Positions 38,579 through 56,174 of a DNA stretch of 64,000 nucleotides are shown here, in pieces. The stretch is from Vicugna vicugna. Lineage: Eukaryota. Position 1 is the stretch's first letter. Each line of letters begins with the position of its first letter. The notes below the pieces were generated by a model that did no database searches, was not told the origin of the DNA, and saw only the letters and a list, made by a program, of their open reading frames with translations. The stretch spans positions 3,596,001 to 3,660,000 of the forward strand of contig MU058213.1 in the NCBI GenBank assembly GCA_013265495.1. The letters run 5' to 3'. A program made the translations under genes and the position numbers.

Positions 38579-39818
38579 ATGTGATGCATGTGTTCGAGGA
38601 AAACACAGCATTTTAGTGCTAAAAAGGAAAAGAATTCTTCCCACTCCTAGGTGAATGCTTGTTCTGTTATGTGGGCGTGTGTAACAATCATAACAGCTTG
38701 TATTTAGGGCTTTATAAAATATTGTCACATCTCACTGAACTTCACAAAAGATTCAGGAAGTAACAAGGACAGGGGTCATTATTCTTAGTAAAGTGCACAG
38801 AGGGGGAAAGGATGACAAAAACACATCTAGATCTCAGAAGTTCCTGACTCAGCCTGTGGACATACGTTATGAGTCAGAACTTAGTGTAGGAAATGTTTAT
38901 TCTAGCTGTCTTAAGCAGAGAAATACTTAAGGCAGGCAGTCTGGCACCTATACATAAATGAAAGAACAAGCTTTAGATTGTGCCTCCAGAAATGACTCCC
39001 AGGACAACACGGTAGAGTGGACCACTGGGGGACCAAATCCATACCTGGAATCACTCCAGAGATCAGGAAGCCAGACAAGGACGTTGCTGATACTGCTGCT
39101 GTTAGCATCACTGCCACCACTGGACTGCTTCTTGATAGTCACAGAACTGTTAAGTTGGCGCGGGAACATAAATCCCATACATCTCAGGATCTCAAGAATG
39201 GACACTGGAACATTGCTGCTGAGACTCTGTTGCTATGAGCTTGCTTGCAAGAAAATCACAAAAAAATGGGTAGGAGGATAGCTTTTGTTTCATTTTCATC
39301 CTCCAGATCTTGCAAGAATGCATCTAATAGATGGAATACAATTTATATCCAAACCCAAGCTGTGAGGAAGTCTAGAAAGTGTAGCTTTTAGCTTCCCAGG
39401 ATCTGCATACCAGGAAGAGGCCAGAACAGAAACTGAGCAAGCCATTCTACAGTATTTGCCAGAGCAAACCTGTTGTCTTGACATTCAAGATGTTGGCAAA
39501 AGTGATGAACAGGCCAGAATCATGTGGCACACCACTAGGAAATGCTCTCCAGATGAGTATCATTACTAGTATCCAAATAACTTGTCAGGGTTATGGTTAT
39601 AATTGGCAGAGCTAAGACTTAAACACAGGTCTGACAACAATGACAGAATGCCTTTCAACTTGATCCATTAATTCTGTATAGTTGTTTAAGAAGCTTAGAC
39701 TCCACCTGTACTTTTTTTTTTTTTTGCAGGGGGAACAGTTATGAAGTATCAAATCTGTGCTAATATCAGGGCATTCTAAGGTTCTCTCCCGATTTGCCAA
39801 TTCCAATGAAGAGGAGAC
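38579..39818 (+). pseudogene. Four exon remnants (38579-38650, 38906-~39235/39269, 39307-~39556, 39730-39818)
   Basis: The 72-nt exon CDACVRGKHSILVLKRKRILPTP is stop-free and phase 2/2. It joins in frame to ORF 38958 (GGPNPYLESLQRSGSQTRTLL; LLDSHRTVKL in a shifted frame). The 39307 exon has about 83 codons with one TGA. The 39730 exon has a T-tract gcag| acceptor and a |gtaagt donor. Confidence 0.72.
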
Positions 39819-39914
39819 GTAAGTTTGCCTTCCTTCAGGGAAACCCATGGTGGCTTAGTGATTCCCATGCTAATTGAACATGCCACACTCCTGCTTAAAA
39901 CCTTCTTTCTGGTG

Positions 39915-40345
39915 GCTATGTTGGTTCGAATGTGGATTTGTGTTGAGTGACAGAAAACTCAAAATTATGACTTAAACCAGAAAGAGGCTTCTATCTCGTG
40001 GAAAACACATCCAGAGGCAAGCAGTCAGGACCAGCAGAGCAGCTCCCCTCTGTCATCAGGCCCTCAGGCTCCTTTTATCTTGTTCCTCTCTCATCCTTAG
40101 CACGTGGCTTTACCGCCGAACCCAAGGCAGCTACCAGAGTTCTAGTCATCATATCCACATCCCAGCTGGCTGGGAGGAAGGAGGGCAGGAGCACTACAAA
40201 GACACACACAAATATTTTGATTGTATCTTTTGGCTGAGTACTTGGTAAGTGGTCCCCCTTAACAAGGGAAGCTGGTAAATGTAGACTTTGGCACAGATGG
40301 CTAGGAGAATGTGTATCAGTGGCAAACAGCAGTCTCTGCTACAGT
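39915..40345 (-). mobile_element. Old MaLR LTR (MLT1J/K-like)
   Basis: gagtgacagaaaactcaaaattatgacttaaacc...ccagaggcaagcagtcagg...aagggaagctggtaaatgtag. Confidence 0.7.
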
Positions 40346-40834
40346 GACATCACTGCATCCTGCAGTCCTGTTCTTTGTGCATCTTCCTCATTGTACTGTA
40401 AAATTTCAAAATGACTGACACCTTCTCTAGCCTTGGCACAGGGACTGGCATATTTTAGACATTTTATCATTTGTTTAACAAAACTTTTTTTGTCTAGTTT
40501 TTATTTCCTGATGAAATTTTAAAAAGTGGTTTATTTAAATCTAGTTTCTCCCTTGATTTCCCATACACCAGGGCATGTACTTCCAAGAATGAGAGAGGAG
40601 GGAAAAGAACTCAAATAACTGAGTTTTTAAAAAATACAGGTAAAAATTCAAAAGCAACAAAAAATGAAAAGGAAGCATAAGAAATATAAAACTCAGAGTC
40701 TAAATAGAAACAAATTCCCTATAAAGATCAAACTTAATTCTAAATATTAAGCCAGAACGAAAACTTCAAAGAAGCCACCAAATCAAATTACTACAGCAGG
40801 TAATTTGAACAAGTATCTTAAGTACAGCATAAGA

Positions 40835-40995
40835 ACTAGATCTTGGAACCAAGTTAATTCCCGCTCTCCCTGTTACCCTTAGCAGTTTATCTCTGAACTA
40901 AAATTTTCTCACTTGAAAAATGGTATTTTTTCAGAATTGTTACAATGAGAAAATGAGCATATATGCCAAGTGTTTAATACAGGGTCTAGTGCAAG
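40835..40995 (+). mobile_element. MIR SINE
   Basis: ctctgaactaaaattttctcacttgaaaaatgg...gaattgttacaatga. Confidence 0.55.
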
Positions 40996-41659
40996 GAAAT
41001 ATTGTATATACAGTAGCAAGGCTGTTCTCACAATATATTTCATTTATAAAATCATTTTCCCTTCCTTCCAAAAAATTCAGTACTTCTTAGAAATAAAGTC
41101 TATCTTGAAAATGGCGGGTTTTTTTTTTCTTTCCATTTCTCCCCTTACAAGCAGATTATAGCTCCAGGGCTGGTCATATACATAGTTTTAAAAATTTCAG
41201 ATTATATACTATTGATAAATGATCCCACCTGCAAATTAATTCTAATTATTTAAAAATTCATTTATAGCAATATATACCAAAATAAATCTCTACAGACTGA
41301 GCAGAATCAAAGTTTTGGTCTTCTATTATGGTAACAGATACTAAGGACATTTGCATTTACAATACGCAATAATGCTTGATTTTTCAACTCAGAGAGGGAA
41401 GGCAGGATTCCAGTTAACAGTTTAAACTGGTTAACAGGCTACTTCTAAATGTAGCCCTTACTAAGAACCTTCTTTTGCCCAGTTCTTGAATCTTCTAAGT
41501 CTGAATTCTCAGCTCTTTCCTTCTAGGTAGCATGTTATCTATACTTCTAATTGGCACTTCTCAAAGAACATGTAATTAGTTCTTCACAAGACTATGAGTC
41601 TCTCTCAAAGGTGGGCACAAGATCTTAGGTCCTGGTATCTTTTCTAGGTTATAGAACTC

Positions 41660-42150
41660 ATTTTAGGTGGATGACCACATGCTCCTGGAAATGGGCCCCT
41701 CCCATAGCTATAAAAGGTGAATCAAGAATCTAAACTAGTTGGTTTTAGGGTGGGCCTTTGACCTTGTTTTGTCTAACGGGACTAAGTGTGGGGGAGGGAG
41801 GTGGAAGTGGGTTGGGAGGGAGTGCCTAACGGGAAAGTCTGGGAAAGATTTTTCTTTCTGATAAAACGCTGAGAGCTGCCCTTGCCACCTCATTTGGGGT
41901 GTATGAAGATGCAATATTTGGAGCTGTGGTAGACATCTTGTGACCATGAGGCAATAGACACATAAAAGCAAAGCTGAAGAGGGTGGTACAGGAACACAAG
42001 AGTCTGATTCTTGATAACACTGAGTCACTGAATGAACCCATGCACCTCCCTATCTCCATAGCTCTCATTATGTTAAAATGAGATATGTCCTTATGGTTAA
42101 AGCTAGTGTTAGGTTTTCTCTTACCGCCAAAAGCATCTCAGGTACTACAC
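41660..42150 (+). mobile_element. Old MaLR LTR (MLT1J/K-like)
   Basis: ggagctgtggtagacatcttgtgaccatgagg...ttatggttaaagctagtgttaggttttctcttacc...aaagcatc. Confidence 0.7.
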
Positions 42151-42447
42151 ATTTTTTCCCCTAGAATTTCCTACTGGTTCCATTATCCATATCCAGTGCT
42201 TATTCTTGATCATATTAAAAAAAAGTTTCCCCTTGTCACTGAGAATCCCCCTAAATGAACGATTTTAAAGTAACATCCAGATAGCTCGCTACTTCTTTTA
42301 TTTTATCTTGAGTGATTGCTGATTGTCTTCCTCAGGGTTAGTTTTTCTTCAGGTACTTTAGAATTTTAGTTTGCAGGCTCCTTTACGAGTCTTCCTGCTC
42401 TTCACCTCCCCTCTTCTCAATCTCCACTCTCTTCTTTCCTTTTACAG

Positions 42448-43150
42448 TTGTTTCCACCACCCGTCCACACTCAAGGCTCCAGTCCTGTGGTGATAGTGGG
42501 GTTACCACGGATCTAAGCAGATCTGTATACACAAAGGAGCATGCTGCTTGGCTCAGGGCCTGGCACTGGTTGTTGCTGCATCTTACTTTCCTTTCAAGAG
42601 CGAGGAATCTCCATGTCAAAAGCTGGCTTCTTATTTTTTAGGAGCTGAAATTTATGGCTGCTCTTTCCTGCTTCCAGACTTACAGCCCAGGTGCTGGCTT
42701 ACAAGTTCAGTGCACTTATCACTTTGTACTTCTGGTTCACCAAAATGCCTATGTTGCTTTTGGACATAGCTATGCTTTAAAATTCCCTCCACTTTTCAAT
42801 TATTTTTTCAATTCAAAGCTTCCAAAATATCCACATCTAGATACTTCATGGGCGAACACTTTAAAGCAAACAATACATGTCAATGAGCAAAAGGAAAGCT
42901 TTTGTGGGGGGGGGATGACAATATAAAGGTCTATGCCAAGTACCATTCTCTGGTAGTAAATTCTAAGTGAACAGCAGAGTTCTGATGAACGAAGTATCTG
43001 TGCAGCCTTCCAGGTTAGTAGCAGAGAACAGACTAGCAGCACTGTTCCTCCTGGTGCTGATTTTTTCCTATTGCCTTGAATTTCAGGAGTCAAAGGAAGA
43101 ATGGCTTCGGGGCTGTTTATAAAACGGCATGCGGCCTATATAAAGTAGAT
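42448..43150 (+). pseudogene. Last exon remnants (42448-~42680, 42770-43013, 43087-~43150)
   Basis: ctttccttttacag| followed by 63 open codons in the phase left by the 39730 exon; YALKFPPLFNYFFNSKLPKYPHLDTSWANTLKQTI; SICAAFQ|gttagt, 73-nt intron, tttcag|ESKEEWLRGCL*. Confidence 0.55.
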
Positions 43151-43159
43151 CCCATAAAT

Positions 43160-46045
43160 CACCTTAAGATCCAGTCAGTTTAATATAAAATGTTTTTAAT
43201 TGTTTTCGAAAACATTTAAAAAACAATTTTTGAGCACTTTCAATAAAAAAAGAGAACTGAAATGCTACTGCAATATTCAACTACCGTAGTTTCAGCAGGT
43301 ACAACAGACAACAGAACACTGGGGAGATCTTGACTTTCTGCACTAAATGAAAACATGAAACAGGGCTTGTTTTTGTCATTTATGGTGTAGTAAAGCACAT
43401 TATAGTACAGGACTATTATATGAACCTCGGATGCACTGCACAAAAAAACACTTTCCTTCTTTTCAGTTCAAAAGTCAGTGCTTATTGCAATTATATGCAA
43501 AATTATTTACTTCATGAAGTCTTATCATGATAAACAGTATGCAAAATGTTTTAAACATCAAAACGATGAAAATAATCTGAGAAAAGAACATATTCAACAA
43601 CAACTAAGCAGAATTAGTAAACATAAAAAAGTAAATAACTTGTGAATAACTATGCTTGTCTGGTTAACACTGAACCAGGTTCAATACAGCCAAGGGGGGA
43701 AAAAAAAAGTGGTTACAGGAATACCTAGTACTGTACAAGATAAGCCAATAACACTCATGCACATTTTGTGATCATGTATTAACATGGTGAAGCAAACTAA
43801 ACTTAATTCTTCCTGCTGTAATATTCTCAGGTAAGAGAATAAGAATTAGAAATATCTCATTGAGATCAATGCACATTGCTACATAAGACAATTTTATCTG
43901 TCACTTTGATGACATTTTGTCTTTTCATAATGAAACACATTTAAAAAGTTTTAATCTGTGGACTGTATTGGTTGCATTTATCCTAAGAGATGTGCCTACC
44001 ACAGGTTCAACAAATTTAGTGCAATATATGAACCCCAGAAAGTTTGCTGGACGAATTCAACCAAATTTAAAGTGTTTGCTGCAATACTGTACAGGGGGTT
44101 AAAAATCCTCCAGTCTATATTTTTATCAAAAAAGATTTCCATTATTTTTATATTAGTAGGAAGCTAATAATGTAAACAAGGGATTAGAATGGCCTCAAAA
44201 TCTCCTTTTCAGAGTATTTCATATAGAAAGGCTCCCATCATTTGTTAAAAGAAATCACACAGTTTCCTTTGGGTATTGCATACTTTGGTGTGCAGTAGTG
44301 CTGTGTCTCAATGTACAGTGAAGAAATAACTAGCATCAAGAAAAAAAATATCTAACAGATCATTAAATCAAGATAACAGCAAACACACACAAATGCCAGT
44401 AACTAGGACATATCAATATATAAACCTCTGAGCCAACCCTAGCACCAGTTATTTATCAAAATATGTTAATACCCTACCTTGCAAATTTATTGAGCAATGA
44501 AAACCTTATTAAATTAAACCCTTCATCACATTTGTTAAATATTCATTGATTGTAGTCTTCTGATTGGCTTACTAATTAAGGTAAAGGAAAGCTTAGCTAG
44601 GTTCAAGGTAGCACAGCAATGGTTTAATGTTAGCTTTGAAAACTTAATGGCAATTTTTAAGTCTATTTGAAACTGATCTTGAAACTTACTTTTATGAAGC
44701 TGTCAACTAGTGAGAAGATTTCTGTCAGGGTGAAATTCATAAATAATTATTCACAAAACAGAATGGGAGCCATAGAGAGAAACATTTTAAAACAAATCCT
44801 GAGTGCTTATTTTGCAATTGTGGTTATCACAATAAATAAATTAATAAGCATGTTATAAAATGCTCTTCTTCTTCAAGTACTATTGGTATCCCCTTTGTTT
44901 TATCAGAGATATAAAGATTTGTGGCTTCAGACCTCAGGTGGCGAAATGTTTTCCGATCCGATTTTTATGTTATCTCCTTCCTGGCCTATTTGTTTTTCGA
45001 AGGGACCTCATGATCAAATTGCATTTCTAAATTCAAGAGGAGTGAAGGAGTCAGTCACTAAACTGAGGACTTAAGAATACTACAATTAAAAATCTTCAAA
45101 ATAAATCTTAGAATTTTAATATGTGCATGCAGACATTGTGATGAAACTAAGAAAATGCTTTTATTTCCTTCTAAATTCTCCTATCTCAACTACCAAATAA
45201 TAAAACATAAAATATTTCCTAATACATTTGTATTTATTCCACTAAATTACAATGTTTGGAATTATTTGTTGTGTGTGCACGTGTGCATGTCCCTATGTGT
45301 GTTAGCTCCACATTAAAATCAACATTTTAAAATAATACTAATGCAAGGTCACAAATATAAATGGCTACTAGTTTTTCCTTTTAAAATGTTTAGTGCAGCT
45401 TTTGCTTTCCTTACATTAATATTTAATTTTCCATTATTTTCTCCTATTTAAGCCCTTCATTCAGGTGCAAATGGTACTGAAGTCCCAGAAAGTCCTATAG
45501 AGATTTTTTTTTTGTCATCCTACAGTAGCTCTATGCTTCAAGCCTACATACTTATAATAACCTGAATATTATCCCTGTTTCAAGGAAGACCTTCTTGTCT
45601 ACAGTTCACTTTAGCTATGATTTCATATCTAAAAGATAATGCCAACAACAAAAAATAGCCTATACCTAAAATCAATGGTTTCCTCTAAAATCTGTGCAGA
45701 TAAACCAATGAATTAAAATGAACTTACACAAAATAAAGATCTAGACTGCTCTTGTAAAAGCCTGTGAGTCTTCTGTTTACTAGCAAACAATGTGATTAAA
45801 TGGGGAACGTTATAAAATTTTAAAACCTAATACTTGTTTTTCTACAGCCTACTCTCTTCAGAAACTTGTTAAAAGCTGAGGCGAGTCTAACCGTTTCCTA
45901 CTGAAGAAGAAACCACTTCTGCAGCAAACTCTTTTAAAATGTCACAATTAATAGTAAGTGTTTCTGCTGCGGGAGGCACTTCCATTAAGACAAATACAAT
46001 ACATATGTCTTTAGATACAGTGTGCTACATATTATAAAACACAAT
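43160..46045 (-). other. RFX7: RFX7 3' UTR (3' end approximate)
   Basis: AT-rich DNA after the stop codon with no recognisable transposon; ATTAAA signals on the minus strand at 43195-43200 and 43179-43184; several miRNA seed matches. Confidence 0.7.
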
Positions 46046-49321
<3,276 letters not shown>

Positions 49322-49853
49322 TTAAAAGGTGGAAAACAAAGCAGGTTTAACAAGTCTAGACTATGATCGGTAACTCATATATTCATTATTATTAAGGAAT
49401 TCATTACATGTAATGCTAAAAGGAGAAAAAAGACAGTTCGTGTTAGGTAAGAGTTCTTCCAGAGTAGATTCTATATAACCAGACACATACCTATTACAAT
49501 AAATGCAGCACAGTGCCATATAGCTACCAAATACAATGATATGTAAGAATAATATTGAGATTTCAATGAAAAACTTCACATCTGTGTTGAATACTTCCCA
49601 AAACAATAATTTTTAAGGTTATAGGGAGAGGAGATAAAATCTTGAAGAAACGTGCAACTCTAAAGGTATCCAACTAGAGTCTGTGCCAAGATGATTCACT
49701 CACAGGGGACACTGTCTTATAAATGGATCTACCTTCGACATTAGTGATAAACCACTGTGGATGAGGTCTCAGATAAAACTACTGCCTCGCATGTTTGCTC
49801 TACAGTGAATAGTGCAACAAGAGTATGGTTCCTGGGTAGTGGGTTTTAATGAC

Positions 49854-49876
49854 ATGATGATGATGATGATGATGAT
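49854..49876. repeat. (ATG)7-8 microsatellite in an RFX7 intron
   Basis: Read directly from the sequence. Confidence 0.9.
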
Positions 49877-50517
49877 AACAAGAACAAGAAAAACAACATA
49901 AAATATCTCCTTAATAATATCATAATAAATAGCAACATAAAATATCACCTTGCTTTAGCGTGATGCACTCTCATTAAAATTTTTTTTTTAATTGTTGAAC
50001 TCTGATTTTACAAGCCCCTTCATCATAGCCTCACTTGTGTGACACAGGAAAAGAGAAGACTATAACCTTGATTTGTTGATGAAGAAAGAGACTCAATAGC
50101 TAAGGGACTTCCCCGGGGTCCTATGGCCAGCAAGCCACAGAGATAGGTCTATGTTAATACATCACCAACCCACTTTACAATTTTGCTCCACCTGAATGTT
50201 AAAAAGAAAAAAAAATTTAAACCAAAAAAGGCTACAATTGTGTCATCTTTGCTTAGCTAGAGATGAAACAACTCTGACAATGACACATCTCTTACATAAT
50301 AAACCTCTTGACTGGTTATGTGTGTACTTATATGTCTTACAATTTCACCTATGTTCGTTTCATAGCTCACTTTGTAATCAACAACGTACATCCTGAATTA
50401 AAGACAACCGACTGAACTGAAATCTGTGCGTGGTCACAAAAGCAGTTTACAACTGAATCTACATCTATATTTGTCTCCTTCTCATGTGCCACTCTGAATT
50501 AAACAACTGACTTTCTA

Positions 50518-50883
<366 letters not shown>

Positions 50884-52527
50884 CTAGAAGGCGGTTACAA
50901 CTCACTTTCTTTGACTATGTTGCCATCTACTGGACAAAGCAACCAAACCCAGCAAATTTTAATTCACAATTTCTTTATAAAGCATAAATATTATTAGACT
51001 TCCAGTTTATAAATGTTTGTCAATACGGTTTTAATTGACATCTTAAAATATGGTTCAACTCAGGTGACAGTTGTAGTTAAGTCAGCTATAATAGATGAAG
51101 ATTTCTAAGATGGAAGTAGCTGTGTCATAAATGTGCAGAAGGCAAGATAAAAAAATGCCAAGACAGCATGTTTTAACTTTTTATTGGTAGAGACCAGAAA
51201 ACTCCCTTCCTCCTCCTCTAATTAAGAAATTCATGCATTTTTATGATTTTAATATTCAGCTCACAAGGGGCACTCAGTAAATATTTGCTGAAATCATCCA
51301 TATCTTAGGGAAAAAAAAAATCACCAGGGGAAAACAAGTCTTTAATTCTACTAGCACGTTATGCAAATAGGTATTACAAGTTTAAATGCTACTACACAAT
51401 TATTCCAGTACGACCCAGGAGAAATTAAGGAGAGTTTCTGAAGAGTGAGGTTAAGATATTCTGAGAAGGGGTTACTGAGAGAAATTTTTAAAGCATTAGT
51501 AAGATCAAAACTAAGAAAAAAGGAATGATAAAATAAGCAAGGGATAAATTTTAATTTCAGAAAAACTGATTATGTAATGCAATTAATTTTTCAAAAGCTC
51601 ACTTCACATTTAGCGTGTGGCACTGAGATCATTAGAAAGTCGGCCGAGGTCAGTAAAAGCAGTGGAGAGAGGCAAGGGGAGGACACTGCTGACCTGCTGG
51701 CACACCCTGCCCTTCTTTCCCGGGGTTCTGCTTTTCCCCTTCTGTTAACAGCAACAGCTTGGAGTGGGAGATGGGAAGGAGAATGTGACTGTAAACTCCT
51801 ACCCCCACACTGACTCCTCAACAAGCCCTCATTTTCTGACTTCCCCTTTATCACCTAAGTACGATTTTTTTTTCTTCTCAAGCCTAACTCAGATTGCATG
51901 GCCGCTGTCTGGCCTGCAGCCTCGGCTCTGACTGCTCCACACCTGCACCCTGAGAGCCTTTGCCAAAGGCTCCAAGCTCGCTGTCTTACCCCTCCTGCCA
52001 GGGTTTCTGGACAGAAATGAGTTCCAAGCAGCTGACTTACAAAAGGACATCTGTAATACAACCTGTTCTTAATATGGACACTATATTTATAAAAAATCAA
52101 ATTCACCTTCAAAGGATGAAGATTATTCACTATCAGAGGTATTTTTTTTAAAAAGTGGCAATGGCTGAGAACAAAATTTCAAGAGATTCTAAAATACTGA
52201 GTGATGACACAACTGTCAAAGTAACTTTGAAAAACGGCAAACCCCTGTTCATATGTGTGATTTTTAGTATTTCTGCTTAAATAACACATCTTTCTTTAAA
52301 CTTATGCCTTAAAAATCCATTCATTCTACATTTCCTTCAGTCAGACTATGTGAATAATGTGGTAAATAAGGAAGACAGAGATGTTTCTTTACCCCCTGAG
52401 AACTCCCCAGTCCTCAACTTGTTTTAAGTACTTTTCTAGATGTCAGCAGGGGTAGGAGAAAGAAAACACAGAAAGGTGAAGGGCCCATATCTTTTAAAAC
52501 CCCATTTTGCTGAAAGATAAGAAGATA

Positions 52528-52740
52528 GTATGACGTAATGGAGTTAACCTGGGTTTTGGAGACAGACAAATCAGGATTCAAATTCTGGCCCCACTACTTC
52601 TCTGACTATGGACAAACTACTTTATTTCCTAAATTTGTTTCCCAATCTGTAAAATGGGACTAAATATCACCTATCTTACAGGACTGCAGAGGGGATAAAC
52701 AAGGAAATACATATGAGCTATCCAGCTAGACCTAAGGCTG
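52528..52740 (+). mobile_element. MIR SINE
   Basis: ggattcaaattctggccccactact...gtttcccaatctgtaaaatggg...cctatcttacagg. Confidence 0.8.
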
Positions 52741-53771
52741 CCCAAGCATGCTCCTGGCTCCTATGTAAGCTTAAGTGAACAGATTCGGATCACATACTTT
52801 ATACCTAGATAGGAAAAATTATGTTGAGGCTCTTATAAAAGGTTATTTTACTGATGTCATTTATGGTCCTGAACTGGCCATAAAATCAGAGAACAGAATA
52901 ATCTCTCTCACACACATACCACAAATACTTAAAGCTTCTGATAAATATAAAGAGAGAAAAATGATTTCTTATTAAAATGTTGAAGTTAAGATAAAAAAGT
53001 AAAATTATTTGATAGTACAATTATAGTTCTGGCTGTGATAAATCTACTATTTCATATTATTACATTTTCCCATAGATATTATAATTTCCTAGAGTAGTAC
53101 CACTTTTTAGGTTTATGAGGTATGATAGAAATAAGACATTTAAAAAATTTTATCAGAAGAGATACTTCACACAGCTATGAAAGTTAGGAGTGAGTCATTT
53201 ATTCCAACGGTACTGTTATTCCCAAAAACATCAATTCTAAAGTTCCTATCTGAATAAAAATACTCATTAGAATACACATTAAAAAAATCTTCTTGCTATT
53301 TTACAGTAATGCTTCATATGGTTTATTTTTTGTGAGACTCAGGTACCTTCTACATTGTTCAAAGGTCATTTGATTTATAGCATTAGTTTCTGGGATAGAA
53401 GTCTTAGCAAATAACTTAAAAACTTACATTTTTAACTTGTAATATTTAATTTATTAATTTAGATACATATATACTTAAAAATACATGTATACATATTCTT
53501 TAAATTTTAAAACAGTAATGGAAAAATTAATAAACTATCAACTAGGAAATCTTAAAACTTTCATATTTCAGCAGAGCAACATACAAAGCTACAGCTTTAA
53601 GCTTTATAATGAAAGAACTGTTATTTTTGTCTGCTCAACAAACCCATCTGAATTTAGTATTAAGTGAAGTAAGAGTGAACTCACACCAACACTGCAAAGA
53701 CAAAGAAGTTCTCTGGCTAAACTCTTCTTTTGCTACCAACTCTAAATATAGTAACACCCTGTCTATTTTTA

Positions 53772-53999
<228 letters not shown>

Positions 54000-54623
54000 C
54001 TAAACAAAGGAAAATGGAAAAGTTAACTTTTAAAAGAAAGTTCAGAGAAATTAAATTGAAGCACATTCAAGATACATATTCTTAATTAGAAGATACAATC
54101 TGAATCCGTCCGGTCAAAGCAGTATGAGGTGACTGGTGTTGGCAGGCATACTAGAGCCTTGCAAATAAGAGGCCTGTGCCTGTGCCCACTGGTGCACAGC
54201 CATCAGCAGCACCGTGAATGTAACACTTAAGCATACACTGCGAGACACATACGAAGACTAACAGAGCTTTCGAATTTTTCTAAAAGCCTTTTCTCACATC
54301 ACAAAAACAAACTATGCCATGAGCCATATTTTCTTTTCTGAAAACATTTATACTATACATGTTACTCTATAATTTAAATTTTCCTCTTGACAATGTGTAT
54401 CATTTACGTATCTACAAATCAGTAACTTTAGATCTATCTTTTTTCCCTTAATTTCACGAGCTATGTTGATATAAGTCACATACACTAACAGTTTCCAGCC
54501 ACTACTGAATTTTTTGGCTCATTTACTTTGTGAAAGGCACAGTTCCTGGTGCCTTGTTCTATTCCAATGAGACTATGCAATATGCATTTCCATGCTGGTA
54601 ATAAGGTGCAATTTTACTTATTA

Positions 54624-56174
<1,551 letters not shown>

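Larger units (their letters stand above)
3300..43150 (+). pseudogene. Decayed multi-exon gene encoding a repeat protein with EF-hand-like loops (unnamed; unitary-type pseudogene)
   Basis: About 25 AG/GT(GC)-bounded segments outside transposons. Several consecutive exons are phase-compatible, and the same peptide motifs recur at 14.3, 14.5, 15.9, 18.6, 19.5, 21.1, 26.0-26.4 and 39.0 kb. Many in-frame stops, frameshifts and an L1 inside one exon. Confidence 0.75.

Noticed and set aside
38958..39281. Intact stand-alone 107-aa gene
   Set aside because: It lies inside a splice-bounded exon remnant with upstream in-frame stops and motifs split between frames, so it is better explained as part of the pseudogene.
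39557..39564. Second U12 intron (GTATCATT donor) in the fossil gene
   Set aside because: It mismatches GTATCCTT, and the downstream acceptor has a U2-type T tract with no clear CCTTAAC.
3300..43150. Processed pseudogene, or an intact gene broken by assembly errors
   Set aside because: Introns are present, so it is not a retrocopy. Lesions are numerous and include nonsense substitutions and an exonic L1, while adjacent RFX7 is error-free.
43232..43240. miR-17/302 seed site GCACTTT in the RFX7 UTR
   Set aside because: It is on the plus strand, not on the RFX7 mRNA strand.
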